Of a stretch of 64,000 bases of DNA, positions 1 to 11,881 are shown one piece after another (position 1 is the stretch's first letter; each line of letters begins with the position of its first letter). A program made the translations under genes and the position numbers. The notes under the pieces were generated by a model, which saw only the letters and a program-made list of their open reading frames with translations, did no database searches and was not told the DNA's origin. The DNA lies in the NCBI RefSeq assembly GCF_018350175.1, contig NC_058368.1, positions 154,072,001-154,136,000 of the forward strand, given 5' to 3'. Source of the stretch: Felis catus. Its lineage: Eukaryota.

Positions 1-869
1 ATGAATTCTGTGTTATTCACACACACTCATTTTAATCCCTTTGGTCTTGAAGGAATTACATCAACTTTCATAATGTGGATATGAGAAAATGTGTAAGAAT
101 GAGATAGGGCACCCAATGGTGACAACACTGATGAGAAGATTCGAACACACGTAAATAAGCCTTGGAACTAGAGATACTGCTGTTCACCCACCACTTACTG
201 AGGTTCTCCAAATCCAAAAATAATGAATGATACAAATTTCCAGACAATTAATTCATGATTACAGTGTACCTGTCAAGTATTTCTTGATTATAAGTGATGC
301 CTGTAATGGAGTGAAAGCAAAGTGGTACTATGTTGTCAGGGAAGGATAATAACAAAATTGATCTCAAAGCTTAATGTCTTTATATGAACCAGAATGGTAT
401 CCATTGTTTTGTACACTGCGCAGGGTATTGGGGCACTTGACAAAGATAGTCTATGAAATAATGCAGTATATGAACATTAAAGAAAAATGAATTATATTTC
501 TATAGAAAATACAGTAAGTACTTGCCCTGTATCAAACCAGAAATGCTAAGCCTTTGGTTCCGAGGTATGTTACATCATGGAATCAGCTTTTTAAAATGCA
601 TGTAAAAATGATGGGTACATCAAGAAGCTCAGCTGAACAATGAACCTAGTAGTTGTCTGGAAACTTACATTGAATTCCTAAGGTCTTTAATCATAGCATA
701 AATAAAAAAAAATGTGTGTATATATATACTATTAGTTAAACATTGATGTTTTATCTTTAAGAAAAACCACGATGCCTTCTAAAACATTTAATCAAATGAA
801 TGGCAAGCATATATGGTCATATATTTTATATTCTTGCATGAAAATAAGTAAAAGTGAATGTAAATCATA

Positions 870-1100
870 GAGGTTAATCCAGGACTAAAATTAGACATCA
901 TGAGTTTGATTCTTGATTTCACTGCTTCGTAACTAGATGATTTTTGGAAAGTAACTTCCTTAAGACTTAGACATTGGCAAAATAGGATTAACAATGGTAT
1001 GCATTTCAAAGGACATTGTATAGCTTAAATGAGTAATGTATTGAAAACCATGAAAACAATGACTAGAGATTAAATGCACTTACTGCATTTCAGTTATTGT
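870..1100 (+). mobile_element. Degraded MIR SINE
   Basis: MIR-core-like run: gagtttgattcttgatttcactgcttcgtaactagatga...ggaaagtaacttcctt...aaaataggattaacaatggta...ttaaatgagtaatgta. Boundaries approximate. Confidence 0.45.
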
Positions 1101-1282
1101 ATAATGAACTTTGTTTTCAAATAATGCTTAGTTTTTTACTTTCTCTTTTTGTTTTTTTGCTTTATAACAGAAAGCTTAGGATGATTATTAAAGAACATTT
1201 ACATGAGAAACTATAATGTGCTTTAAATAAAATTAATGCTCTAATTTGTCAGAGCACATAATAGCTATTCATATTACCTGCT

Positions 1283-1413
1283 TTTATTTATTAAATCAAT
1301 ATTGGGTGCCTGCTATCTTCTAAACGACGAGGTAAAACATTAGGGCTACAGTCATGAGCAAAACCATACATAATCCCTGCCCTCATGAAGTTTATAGCCT
1401 ATCAGAAGATACA
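1283..1413 (-). mobile_element. L2 LINE 3' end relic
   Basis: tttatttattaaatcaatattgggtgcctgctat...atccctgccctcatgaagtttatagcct resembles the reverse-complemented L2 3' terminus. Confidence 0.55.
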
Positions 1414-3259
1414 GCTGCTAAGAACCCAAAAGCTGCAAAACTGAAACTGTGACCTGCTGGTTATGGAATTTGCTGCACCCAGATTAAGAAAACAATATTA
1501 CACACTAGGAATGTTAAATGTCAGTATGCCTTTGATTTTGGTAATGGTACTAGCGAATTTTATAAATAAGCATCTTTATTTGAATGTATGCTGAAATAAA
1601 ATGATAGGTAAAACATCTAGCCTAGGGATTGGAAAATCAGAAACAAATGTTGGTCCTATTGATGGATAATTATATCTATATTTATAGGTATTAGTTAAAA
1701 GGAAATCATCAGTTAGGGCCATATTCAGTTTTAATCCCAGTATGACACTTAATACCCCCAAAAGTGAGTGTTGGCTACCATTATTAGGATTAGATACATA
1801 CTCCAAGTAACATTACTATTCACTGAGATGTTATGCTTAAGTGAAATATGGTTGACTTTTAATTTTGATACATCTCTTGTATAACATACTTCATTAGCAT
1901 GAAAATTAAAATAGCTAAGTGTCTTCAAATATTGAGATTGTACACCCTCAAAACTTAGTCTAAATTTCATCTACTTGAATTTAATCAGCTTGTATTAAAC
2001 ACTAACTCTGTTCACAGAATTATCTGGGGAATTTAAAAGAACACCATAATCGGGTAGCATTTTTAGAATACAAGTATAGAAGTGCTTGGATGAGTAAACA
2101 TTAGTTACTGATAGTAGTACAGTCAATTTTTAAAGACATTTTGCTACATCGATTTAGTAATTTGTATTAACTATAAACGTACACATCTGAGAATGAAAAT
2201 CTATTAAAGTGATTATTATTCCTACTTGGATTTGCTAATTAGCCTTATTGAAATCAACTTTTTTCTTAAAATAGTAAAAAAAAATGACTCAATTGATTAA
2301 TGTATATTGATAGCTTAATTCTTAAAAAGATACCCTTGAGCAAATGCAATAGTTAATAAAATCTAAGAAAATTAAACTATGTTATTTTATGGATTTTAAA
2401 GGAGAAATTAAAAACCTGAAAAATGGACACTTGGTCAGGGCACTTGAGACAATTTTAGGTAAAAGATACCTGATAGGAATGCTTTAATGATTTCAGGGTC
2501 TCCAATAGTCTGTTAAAATATTCAAACGTTTCCATGATCTGCTTTGGTCATTTTCATTCCTGAATTTCTACGAAGGTGGTCACTCCAGGTGTCCTCTGTA
2601 GGTCAGTTGAGGTATTAATCCTTGGTAAGGTCTTAGTGGGTAATTCGTTACCCCTTCTTGGAAGGGCTAATTTCTTACAGCACGATCACATATTTGTTAA
2701 CATACTCTAAAAGTGTTGTCTGTCTTACTACACTTTGAGTTTATTTGGAATTTGTATTTGAGTAAAATACTTAGAAGATGCAGGCTTAGACACACTAGAA
2801 AATCAAATATTTAGAACTTGAAGTATGCATTTGGGCATAGGTTGGAGGAAAATTGGGCTGCACCATACTTGGGAAGTTTATTTGATTAAACATTATCAGC
2901 TAAGTGGGATTTTTCAGTCCCTAGTGAGCTTTGACCTATACAATGAATTTCAGAAGAAATGGAATGTGGGATTTTGGCCATTTAGAAAATTTATTTATTG
3001 ATTAGATATTTATGATACTGTCTCTGATCACCTAAAAGATAATTGGCACTAGTTCTCTCTCTTGTGCTGAGAATCTACTTCCTAATATGGGAAATAGAAA
3101 TACCAAACATTTGGGGAAAATGCTTTTGAATGTCTGTGATTTGAATACCTTAATTTTGGCTGTTCTGAATAGAAAAGAATGCTCCAGGTTTCCTCCAAGA
3201 GCTTTAGAATTATTAAACAGTCAAGTCTGTTGAGAGAGATTGCATGGTAAACTGTTGGG

Positions 3260-3518
3260 TTTTTTTCTTTATTTTTTTAAAATTTACATTCAAGTTAGTT
3301 AGCATATAGTGTAACAATGACTTCAGGAGTAGATTCTTTAATGCCCTTACCCATTTAGCCCTTCCCCCTCCAATAACCCCTCCAGTAATGCTCTGTTCTC
3401 CATATTTAAAAGTCTCTTACGTTTTGTCCCCATTCCTGTTTTTATGTTATTTTTGCTCCCCTTCCCCTATGTTCATATGGCTTCACTCATATGAGGACTT
3501 TAAGATACAAAACAGATG
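3260..3518 (-). mobile_element. Short carnivore L1 3' end with 5' inversion
   Basis: 3260-3476 is an L1 3'UTR/poly(A) on the minus strand. 3477-3518 is the immediately upstream L1 segment on the plus strand (compare with 10176-10240). Confidence 0.8.
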
Positions 3519-3893
3519 TGGCATTGTAACATTGAAAAAAAATTAATATTTCTATGACAAATATGCAATACATAAATGTATACATTTATGAAATGTATGC
3601 AAATATACACATTACATATTTATTTATTTATTTATTTATTTTTTATTATTATTATTTTTTTATTTATTTATTTTAATATGAAATTTATTGACAAATTGGT
3701 TTCCATACAACACCCAGTGCTCATCCCAAAAGGTGCCCTCCTCAATACCCATCACCCACCCTCTCCTCCCTCCCACCCCCCATCAACCCTCAGTTTGTTC
3801 TCAGTTTTTAAGAGTCCCTTATGCTTTGGCTCTCTCCCACTCTAACCTGTTTTTTTTTTTCCTTCCCCTCCCCCATGGGTTCCTGTTAATTTC

Positions 3894-6560
3894 TCAGGGT
3901 CCACATAAGAGTGAAACCATATGGTATCTGTCTTTCTCTGTATGACTTATTTCACTTAGCATCACACTCTCCAGTTCCATCCACGTTGCTACAAAAGGCC
4001 ATATTTCATTTTTTCTCATTGCCACGTAGTACTCCATTGTGTATATAAACCACAATTTCTTTATCCATTCATCAGTTGGACATTTAGGCTCTTTCCATAA
4101 TTTGGCTATTGTTGAGAGTGCTGCTATGAACATTGGGGTACAAGTGGCCCTATGCATCAGTAGTCCTGTATCCCTTGGATAAATTCCTAGCAGTGCTATT
4201 GCTGGGTCATAGGGTAGGTCTATTTTTAATTTTCTGAGGAACCTCCACACTGCTTTCCAGAGTGGCTGCACCAATTTGCATTCCCACCAACAGTGCAAGA
4301 GGGTTCCCGTTTCTCCACATCCTCTCCAGCATCTAGAGTCTCCTGATTTGTTCATTTTGGCCACTCTGACTGGCGTGAGGTGATACCTGAGTGTGGTTTT
4401 GATTTGTATTTCCCTGATAAGGAGCGACGCTGAACATCTTTTCATGTACCTGTTGGCCATCCGGATGTCTTCTTTAGAGAAGTGTCTATTCATGTTTTCT
4501 GCCCATTTCTTCACTGGGTTATTTGTTTTTCGGGTGTGGAGTTTGGTGAGCTCTTTATAGATTTTGGATACTAGCCCTTTGTCCGATATGTCATTTGCGA
4601 ATATCTTTTCCCATTCCGTTGGTTGCCTTTTAGTTTTGTTGGTTGTTTCCTTTGCTGTGCAGAAGCTTTTTATCTTCATAAGGTCCCAGTAATTCACTTT
4701 TGCTTTTAATTCCCTTGCCTTTGGGGATGTGTCGAGTAAGAGATTGCTACGGCTGAGGTCAGAAAGGTCTTTTCCTGCTTTCTCCTCTAAGGTTTTGATG
4801 GTTTCCTGTCTCACATTTAGGTCCTTTATCCATTTTGAGTTTATTTTTGTGAATGGTGTGAGAAAGTGGTCTAGTTTCAACCTTCTGCATGTTGCTGTCC
4901 AGTTCTCCCAGCACCATTTGTTAAAGAGGCTGTCTTTTTTCCATTGGATGTTCTTTCCTGCTTTGTCAAAGATGAGTTGGCCATACGTTTGTGGGTCTAG
5001 TTCTGGGGTTTCTATTCTATTCCATTGGTCTATGTGTCTGTTTTTGTGCCAATACCATGCTGTCTTGATGATGACAGCTTTGTAGTAGAGGCTAACGTCT
5101 GGGATTGTGATGCCTCCTGCTTTGGTCTTCTTCTTCAAAATTCCTTTGGCTATTCGGGGCCTTTTGTGGTTCCATACGAATTTTAGGATTGCTTGTTCTA
5201 GTTTCGAGAAGAATGCTGGTGCAATTTTGATTGGGATTGCATTGAATGTGTAGATAGCTTTGGGTAGTATTGACATTTTGACAATATTTATTTTTCCAAT
5301 CCATGAGCAGGGAATGTCTTTCCATTTCTTTAAATCTTCTTCAATTTCCTTCATAAGCTTTCTATAGTTTTCAGCATACAGATCCTTTACATCTTTGGTT
5401 AGATTTATTCCTAGGTATTTTATGCTTCTTGGTGCAATTGTGAATGGGATCAGTTTCTTTATTTGTCTTTCTGTTGCTTCATTGTTAGTGTATAAGAATG
5501 CAACTGATTTCTGTACATTGATTTTGTATCCTGCAACTTTGCTGAATTCCTGTATCAGTTCTAGCAGACTTTTGGTGGAGTCTATCGGATTTTCCATGTA
5601 TAATATCATGTCATCTGCAAAAAGCGAAAGCTTGACTTCATCTTTGCCAATTTTGATGCCTTTGATTTCCTTTTGTTGTCTGACTGCTGATGCTAGAACT
5701 TCCAGCACTATGTTAAACAGCAGCGGTGAGAGTGGGCATCCTTGTCGTGTTCCTGATCTCAGGGAAAAAGCTCTCAGTTTTTCCCCGTTGAGGATGATGT
5801 TAGCTGTGGGCTTTTCATAAATGGCTTTTATGATCTTTAAGTATGTTCCTTCTATCCCGACTTTCTCAAGGGCTTTTATTAAGAAAGGGTGCTGGATTTT
5901 GTCAAAGGCCTTTTCTGCATCGATTGACAGGATCATATGGTTCTTCTCTTTTTTTTTGTTAATGTGATGTATCACGTTGATTGATTTGCGAATGTTGAAC
6001 CAGCCCTGCATCCCAGGAATGAATCCCACTTGATCATGGTGAAGAATTCTTTTTATATGCCGTTGAATTCGATTTGCTAGTATCTTATTGAGAATTTTTG
6101 CATCCATATTCATCAGGGATATTGGCCTGTAGTTCTCTTTTTTTACTGGGTCTCTGTCTGGTTTAGGAATCAAAGTAATACTGGCTTCATAGAATGAGTC
6201 TGGAAGTTTTCCTTCCCTTTCTATTTCTTGGAATAGCTTGAGAAGGATAGGTATTATCTCTGCTTTAAACGTCTGGTAGAACTCCCCTGGGAAGCCATCT
6301 GGTCCTGGACTCTTATTTCTTGGGAGATTTTTGATAACCGATTCAATTTCTTCGCTGGTTATGGGTCTGTTCAAGCTTTCTATTTCCTCCTGGTTGAGTT
6401 TTGGAAGAGTGTGGGTGTTCAGGAATTGGTCCATTTCTTCCAGGTTGTCCAATTTGTTGGCATATAATTTTTCATAGTATTCCCTAATAATTGTTTGTAT
6501 CTCTGAGGGATTGGTTGTAATAATTCCATTTTCATTCATGATTTTATCTATTTGGGTCAT
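3894..6560 (-). CDS. L1 ORF2p lacking the endonuclease domain (Z region, reverse transcriptase, C-terminal CCHC), 888 aa open frame; expression unknown
   Basis: Motifs [35 protein letters not shown] and [18 protein letters not shown]. No stop or frameshift over 888 codons. Confidence 0.9.
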   Translation of the reverse strand: MTQIDKIMNENGIITTNPSEIQTIIREYYEKLYANKLDNLEEMDQFLNTHTLPKLNQEEIESLNRPITSEEIESVIKNLPRNKSPGPDGFPGEFYQTFKAEIIPILLKLFQEIEREGKLPDSFYEASITLIPKPDRDPVKKENYRPISLMNMDAKILNKILANRIQRHIKRILHHDQVGFIPGMQGWFNIRKSINVIHHINKKKEKNHMILSIDAEKAFDKIQHPFLIKALEKVGIEGTYLKIIKAIYEKPTANIILNGEKLRAFSLRSGTRQGCPLSPLLFNIVLEVLASAVRQQKEIKGIKIGKDEVKLSLFADDMILYMENPIDSTKSLLELIQEFSKVAGYKINVQKSVAFLYTNNEATERQIKKLIPFTIAPRSIKYLGINLTKDVKDLYAENYRKLMKEIEEDLKKWKDIPCSWIGKINIVKMSILPKAIYTFNAIPIKIAPAFFSKLEQAILKFVWNHKRPRIAKGILKKKTKAGGITIPDVSLYYKAVIIKTAWYWHKNRHIDQWNRIETPELDPQTYGQLIFDKAGKNIQWKKDSLFNKWCWENWTATCRRLKLDHFLTPFTKINSKWIKDLNVRQETIKTLEEKAGKDLSDLSRSNLLLDTSPKARELKAKVNYWDLMKIKSFCTAKETTNKTKRQPTEWEKIFANDISDKGLVSKIYKELTKLHTRKTNNPVKKWAENMNRHFSKEDIRMANRYMKRCSASLLIREIQIKTTLRYHLTPVRVAKMNKSGDSRCWRGCGETGTLLHCWWECKLVQPLWKAVWRFLRKLKIDLPYDPAIALLGIYPRDTGLLMHRATCTPMFIAALSTIAKLWKEPKCPTDEWIKKLWFIYTMEYYVAMRKNEIWPFVATWMELESVMLSEISHTEKDRYHMVSLLCGP

Positions 6561-6638
6561 CTCCCTTTTCCTTTTGAGAAACCCGGCTAGAGGTTTATCA
6601 ATTTTGTCTATTTTTTCAAAACACCAACTCTTGGTTTT

Positions 6639-6908
6639 GCCAGCCAGACTCGGGGGCTCTGCTTGGCCGGGGAGCCGCCCCTCCGCCCCGGCTCCCTCCT
6701 GCCAGTCCGTGGAGCGCGCACCGCCTCGCCGCCCTTCCTACCCTCTTCCGTGGGCCTCTCGTCTGCGTTTGGCTCCGGCGACTCCGTTCTGCTAATCCTC
6801 TGGCGGTTTTCTGGGTTATTTAGGCAGGTGTAGGTGGAATCTAAGTGATCAGCAGGACGCGCGGTGAGCCCAGCGTCCTCCTAAGCCGCCATCTTGCCCT
6901 CCACCCTC
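6639..6908 (-). promoter_or_regulatory. L1 5'UTR internal promoter start (CpG-rich, YY1 motif)
   Basis: Only GC/CpG-dense island in the window. CAAGATGGCGGC (YY1 consensus) at 6885-6896 near the element's 5' end. Confidence 0.75.
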
Positions 6909-7030
6909 CACATTACATATTTAATTATTTTGGATAGTTTATTTTCTACCTACATGATCAATGCTGAAGTAGTAGTCTCCCGATCCTGAAATCAGCTATT
7001 TATTTCACTGCCTATCAAAAGCATCTTCGC

Positions 7031-7250
7031 GGGGCACCTGAGTGGCTCAGTTGGTTGAGTGTCTGACTTCAGCTCAGGTCATAATCTCATGGTTCCTGGA
7101 GTCTAGCCCTGCATCCGGCTCTGTGCTGACAGCTCAGAGCCTGGAGCCTGGTTCAGTTTCTGTGACTTCTGTCTCTCTCTGCCCCTTCCCTGCTCACACT
7201 CTCTCTCTGTTTCTCTCAAATATAAATAAACAATAAAAGAATTTTTTGAA
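7031..7250 (+). mobile_element. CanSINE (SINEC_Fc type)
   Basis: ggggcacctgagtggctcagttgg head, (CT)n, A tail. TSD aaaagcatcttYgc at 7017-7030 and 7251-7264. Confidence 0.95.
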
Positions 7251-7929
7251 AAAAGCATCTTTGCTATTAATATCATAGGTCTTTGTGTACTCTATAACAC
7301 CTTTTTAGGTTAGTGAATTTTTGAAGTTTGAGTATTCATCTCTTGAAATCATTTTTGGGGGTTTTATTTTTTTATATTTCTCTACTTCCTTCAGAAGGTT
7401 CTAACTTGTTAGCGGAGACTTACTGCTAATATGCTATTTTAATACCATAAATCTACTATATGATTATTTTTTTTAGCTTTTTATTGTTTTTGTTGTATAT
7501 CTCATTTGCTTCTGATAAAAAAAATTTCATTGGTTTATATTCATTTTCATTGCTTGGTTTTACAAACAAAAAAAAAACAGATTTAGTGATTATTTTCTTT
7601 AGTGTGATAGTTTTTTTTCTCTTTAAACTTTGTTTGCCATAGAATCCACTACCGGTTTTCTCATATGTAGAATAGAGTTATGTTCATTTATTTTGGCTCT
7701 TTCATATTATGAATTGGTTCCTTACTTTGTATTTAACTGAATACTTTCCAGTGTCTATGATGCTCAGGAAAATGTTTCAGTGACTTAGCCATGGGCTTAA
7801 AGATGACTAGGAGATAACTTCTACAGTGATGGATAGGTTGTTCAGATGTTTTGGTTTATTGGAAATTTCATTATTAAAATAGGACCTCATTTCTAGAATT
7901 TCTTGAGGGTTTTTCTCATATATTTTACT

Positions 7930-8180
7930 TATTTTTTATTTTTTTAAGTGATTGAATGTTGTGGGGTTTTGGGTTTTTTTTTTTTTTTTGACAGAGAGAG
8001 AGTGCATGCACACGTGCACAAGTGGGGGAGGGACAGAGAGACAGGGCCCAAAATCTGAAGTAGACTCCAGGCTCTAAGCTGTCAGTACAGAGCCCAATGC
8101 AGGGCTTGAACTTGGAAACAGCGAGATCATGACCTGAGCTGAAGTCAGATGCTTAACTGACTGAGCCACTGATGCATCCC
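7930..8180 (-). mobile_element. CanSINE (SINEC_Fc type)
   Basis: T tail, (GA)n, gagatcatgacctgagctgaagtcagatgcttaactgactgagccac. Confidence 0.9.
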
Positions 8181-8298
8181 TCTTCATATTTTAGTATGTA
8201 TTTTATTATATATGTACATATGATAAAAAAGGCTTTTGTAGATTGAAGAGATAATTTTTTTGTTATCGGTTAGTTTGAAGTCTCAAACTATGTATTTG

Positions 8299-8536
8299 CT
8301 TTTTTTTATAAATTTTTTTTTAATGTGGATTTATTTTTCAGACCCAGGGAGAGAGACAGAGTGAGAGTGGGGCGGGGGGGGGGGGGTTCAGAGAGACAGG
8401 GAGAAAGAAAGTGAAGCAGGCTCCCGGATCTGAGCTATCAGTACAGAGCCCAACATGGGGCTCAAACCCAGGAACTGAGAGATCATGACCTGAGCCAAAG
8501 TTGGATGCTTAACCAACTGAGCCATCCAGGCAGCCC
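8299..8536 (-). mobile_element. CanSINE (SINEC_Fc type)
   Basis: Consensus body. TSD tcaaMctatgtattt on both sides. Confidence 0.92.
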
Positions 8537-9282
8537 TCAACCTATGTATTTCTATATTCATATCTTTCTGGGCTACCAAAGACTGAAAGAAGTCTGTTAA
8601 TCTTAGGTGATGTGGGTTTCCTCATGAATTTTCCTTAAATACTTAAAAATTATGTGTTATTAATAAATTCATACGTATTTTTAATTTCTTTGTCTCTTAC
8701 ATTTTGTCAATTTTGATAGATAGCAAAGCATTACAAAAATGTTGAGTTTAATGTGATTAGATTGTGTAATTTTCATTCATTATGGTAAATGATAAATACA
8801 GATTTCTATATTTTACTATTATGCTTATTAGAAATAAATGTATTGTGCGCCAACTATTATACTGCCATCTTAGTGAAGCCTTTTCATGATGAATGTAAAT
8901 ACTATTCATTTAGAGATGAGGATTTTAGGATACAATTAAATGACCAAGTACTTGGCTAGTAAGCACTAGATGAGGATCATTCTGTTGGATTCTTACTTAA
9001 ACTCCTTTTGCTACATTGGCAGTATTTGATTCTCCAAAGACTAACCAATTATTCTTTTTCATTACTCAACACCTTTATTCTCTTAAATGTTCTTAAAACT
9101 ATATTTCTCAAATATTTAAAATCATGAACTAGGGCTCATCTAACATACTAACACATGCTTTTGATTTGGAATACAGAGAAAAAGCCAACTATATGCTGAA
9201 TGTGAGTTTCAGAAAGAATAAAGATAAATGAGCAAACATATCAAAGAAAAAAGTACAAGATAGGAAGGCAAGGTTTATGGCC

Positions 9283-10379
9283 AAAAGACCTCAATATAAG
9301 ACAGGAGGCCATCAAACTCCTCCAGGAGGAAGCAGGCAAAAACCTCTTTGATGTTGGCTGCAGCAACTTCTTACTCAACACGTCTCCACAGGCAAGGGAA
9401 ACAAAAGCAAAAATGAACTACTGGGACCTCATCAAAATAAAAAGCTCTGAACAGCGAAGGAAACAATCAGCAAACCTAAAAGACAACCAACAGGATGGGA
9501 GAAGATACTTGCAAGTAACATATCATATAAAGGGTTAGTATCCAAAATCTATAAAGAACTTCTCAAACTCAACACCCAAAAACCAAATAATCCAGTGAAG
9601 AAATGGACAAAAGACATGAATAGACACTACTCCAAAGAAGACATCCAGATGGCCAACTGAAACATGAAAAAATGCTCAACATCACTCATCATCAGGGAAA
9701 CACAAATCAAAACCACAATGAAATACCACCTCACACCTGTTAGACTGGCTAATATTAATAACTCAGGCAACAACAGATGTTGTGAGGATGTTGAGAAGGA
9801 AGAACTCTTTTGCATTGTTGGTGGGAATACAAACTGGTGCAGCCACTCTGGAAAACAGTATGGAGGTTCCTCAAAAAAAAAGAACTACCCTATGACCCAG
9901 CAATGGCACTACCAGGTATTTATCCAAGGGATACAGGTATGCTGTTTAGAAGGGACACATGCACCCCAATGTTTATAGCAGCACTATCAACAATGGCCAA
10001 AGTATGCAAAGAGCCCAAATATTCATCGATGGATGAATAGATAAAGAAGATGTGGTATATAATTACAATGGAGGATTACTGGGCAATCAAAAAGAATTAA
10101 ATCTTGCCATTTGCAACTATGTGGGTGGAACTGGAGGGTATTACACTAAGCAAAGTTAGAGAAAGACAAAAATGATGACTTCACTCATATGAGGACTTTA
10201 AGATACAGAACAGATGAATATAGGGGAAGGGAAGCAAAAATATAAAATCAGGGAGGGGGACAAAACATAAGAGATTCTTAAATAGGGAGAACAAACAGGT
10301 GTTACTGGAGGGGTTGCAGAAGGAGGATGGGCTAAATGGGTAAGGGGCATTAAGGAATCTACTCCGGAAGAAAAAAAAA
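9283..10379 (+). mobile_element. 5'-truncated carnivore L1 (ORF2 C-terminus + 3'UTR)
   Basis: Broken ORF2 frames ([30 protein letters not shown]), then 3'UTR ending in an A-run at 10371-10379. Confidence 0.92.
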
Positions 10380-10920
10380 TTACATTTAAAACAATTGTGG
10401 ACATTTGTACATCAAGAAATACGGTAGCAATCTACATGAAGCAAAAACTTTAGAAGATACCAAAAAAAGAATACAAACACAACAAAACACAACTGTGAGG
10501 CAATTCAGTCATGGAAATGTCTAGAGACCAAAATAAGAGTATAGAAAACCTAAGCATAAGGAATTTAAAAAAAAAGTAAATATTGACTTTTTCACTGAAA
10601 ATACACATAGAATTAAAAAAAATAATAAGCATGAGTAAGGTTAACAGCAGATATCTTCACAGAAACTTGGTAAGCCAGAAGTGACTGGTATAATATATTC
10701 AGTGTACTGAGGGGATTAATATGCAGCCAACAATACAGCAAGTCTGTCATACAGAATAGGAGAGATAGTTTTTGTTGGTCTGGGAAACTAAAGGAGTTCA
10801 TGGCCACTAAACTACACCTGCAAGAATTTTAAAGGGTACTCTTCTTGGGGAAGACAGACCAAAGACAACAAAGAGTGGAAAATAACACAGAAAATCTCCA
10901 GAATTTCTGGAGGTAAAACA

Positions 10921-11834
10921 ATGGCATTAAATCATAAATGTCAATAATCATTCTGAAGGTAACCAAACTAAATGCTCCAATTAAAAGACATGGGTCTTGT
11001 GTTTTTTTTCCACTGTCATATCCTGCCTAAAAGAGACTTAGTTTAGACCCAAAGACCCCTCCAGATTGAAATCGAGGGGTTAGAGAACCATTTATCCTAG
11101 TGATGGATTTCAAAAGAAAGCCAAAGTAACCATGCCTCTATCAGATAAACTAGATTTTAAAACAAAGATTGTAAGAAGAGGTGAGAAGGACACAGTATTA
11201 TAATAAAAGGGTTTATCCAACAGATGTAACAATTGTAAGTATTTGTTTCCCCAAATTGGAGGCACCCAAATACATGAAGCAATTAATAACAAACAATGAA
11301 ACTCATTGATAATACTGTAATAGTAATGGATTTCAACACCCCACTTACAACAATGGATAGAATACCTAAGCAGAACATCAACAAGGAGACTATTGGTTTG
11401 GATGACACACTGGACAAGATGGACTTAACAGATATATTCAGAACATTTATCCTAAAGCAGTAGAATACATATTCTTCTGGAGTGCACATGGGATATTCTC
11501 TATAATCACATAGTAGGTCACAAATCAGGTCTCAATAAATACGGATTGAGATCACACCATGAACCTGTTCTGACTACAATGCTCTTAAACTTGATGCCAA
11601 CCACAAGAAAAATTTGGAAAGACCACAAATGCAGGTACATTAAAGATCATTTAAATAATGAATGGGTGGGGTACCTCAGTGGCTCAGTTGGTTAAGCATC
11701 CAACTTTGGCACAGTTCATGATCTCACCGTTTGTGAGTTTGACCACCATGTCAGGCTCTGTGCTGACAGCGCAGAGCCTGCAGCCTGCTTGGGATTCTGT
11801 CTCCCTCTCTCTCTCTGATCCTCCCCTGCTCACC

Positions 11835-11881
<47 letters not shown>

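Larger units (their letters stand above)
3623..6908 (-). mobile_element. Young felid-type LINE-1, internally deleted (5'UTR start fused to mid-ORF2)
   Basis: A-rich tail at ~3623-3674, 3'UTR, ORF2, GC-rich 5' end at 6639-6908 beginning GAGGGTGGAGGGCAAGATGGCGGC. Perfect 15-bp TSD cacattacatattta at 3608-3622 and 6909-6923. Confidence 0.95.

Noticed and set aside
40..520. Plus-strand exon (ttgaag|gaattac at 52/53, gtaagt at 514)
   Set aside because: All frames close within 20 codons and no peptide is recognisable.
4729..5820. Plus-strand ORFs of 118 and 141 aa (and the twin at 50447-50803)
   Set aside because: Antisense shadows of L1 ORF2. They recur only because the L1 copies are homologous.
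6511..6795. 94-aa antisense ORF crossing the deletion junction (ORF0-like?)
   Set aside because: Starts at a non-ATG codon inside antisense ORF2 and runs toward the L1 5' end. No recognisable similarity, and GC-rich DNA is stop-poor.
7031..7110. tRNA-like A/B box sequence at SINE heads
   Set aside because: tRNA-derived CanSINE heads followed by (CT)n and A tails, not tRNA genes. The MAQLV/MAQSV ORFs are SINE translations.
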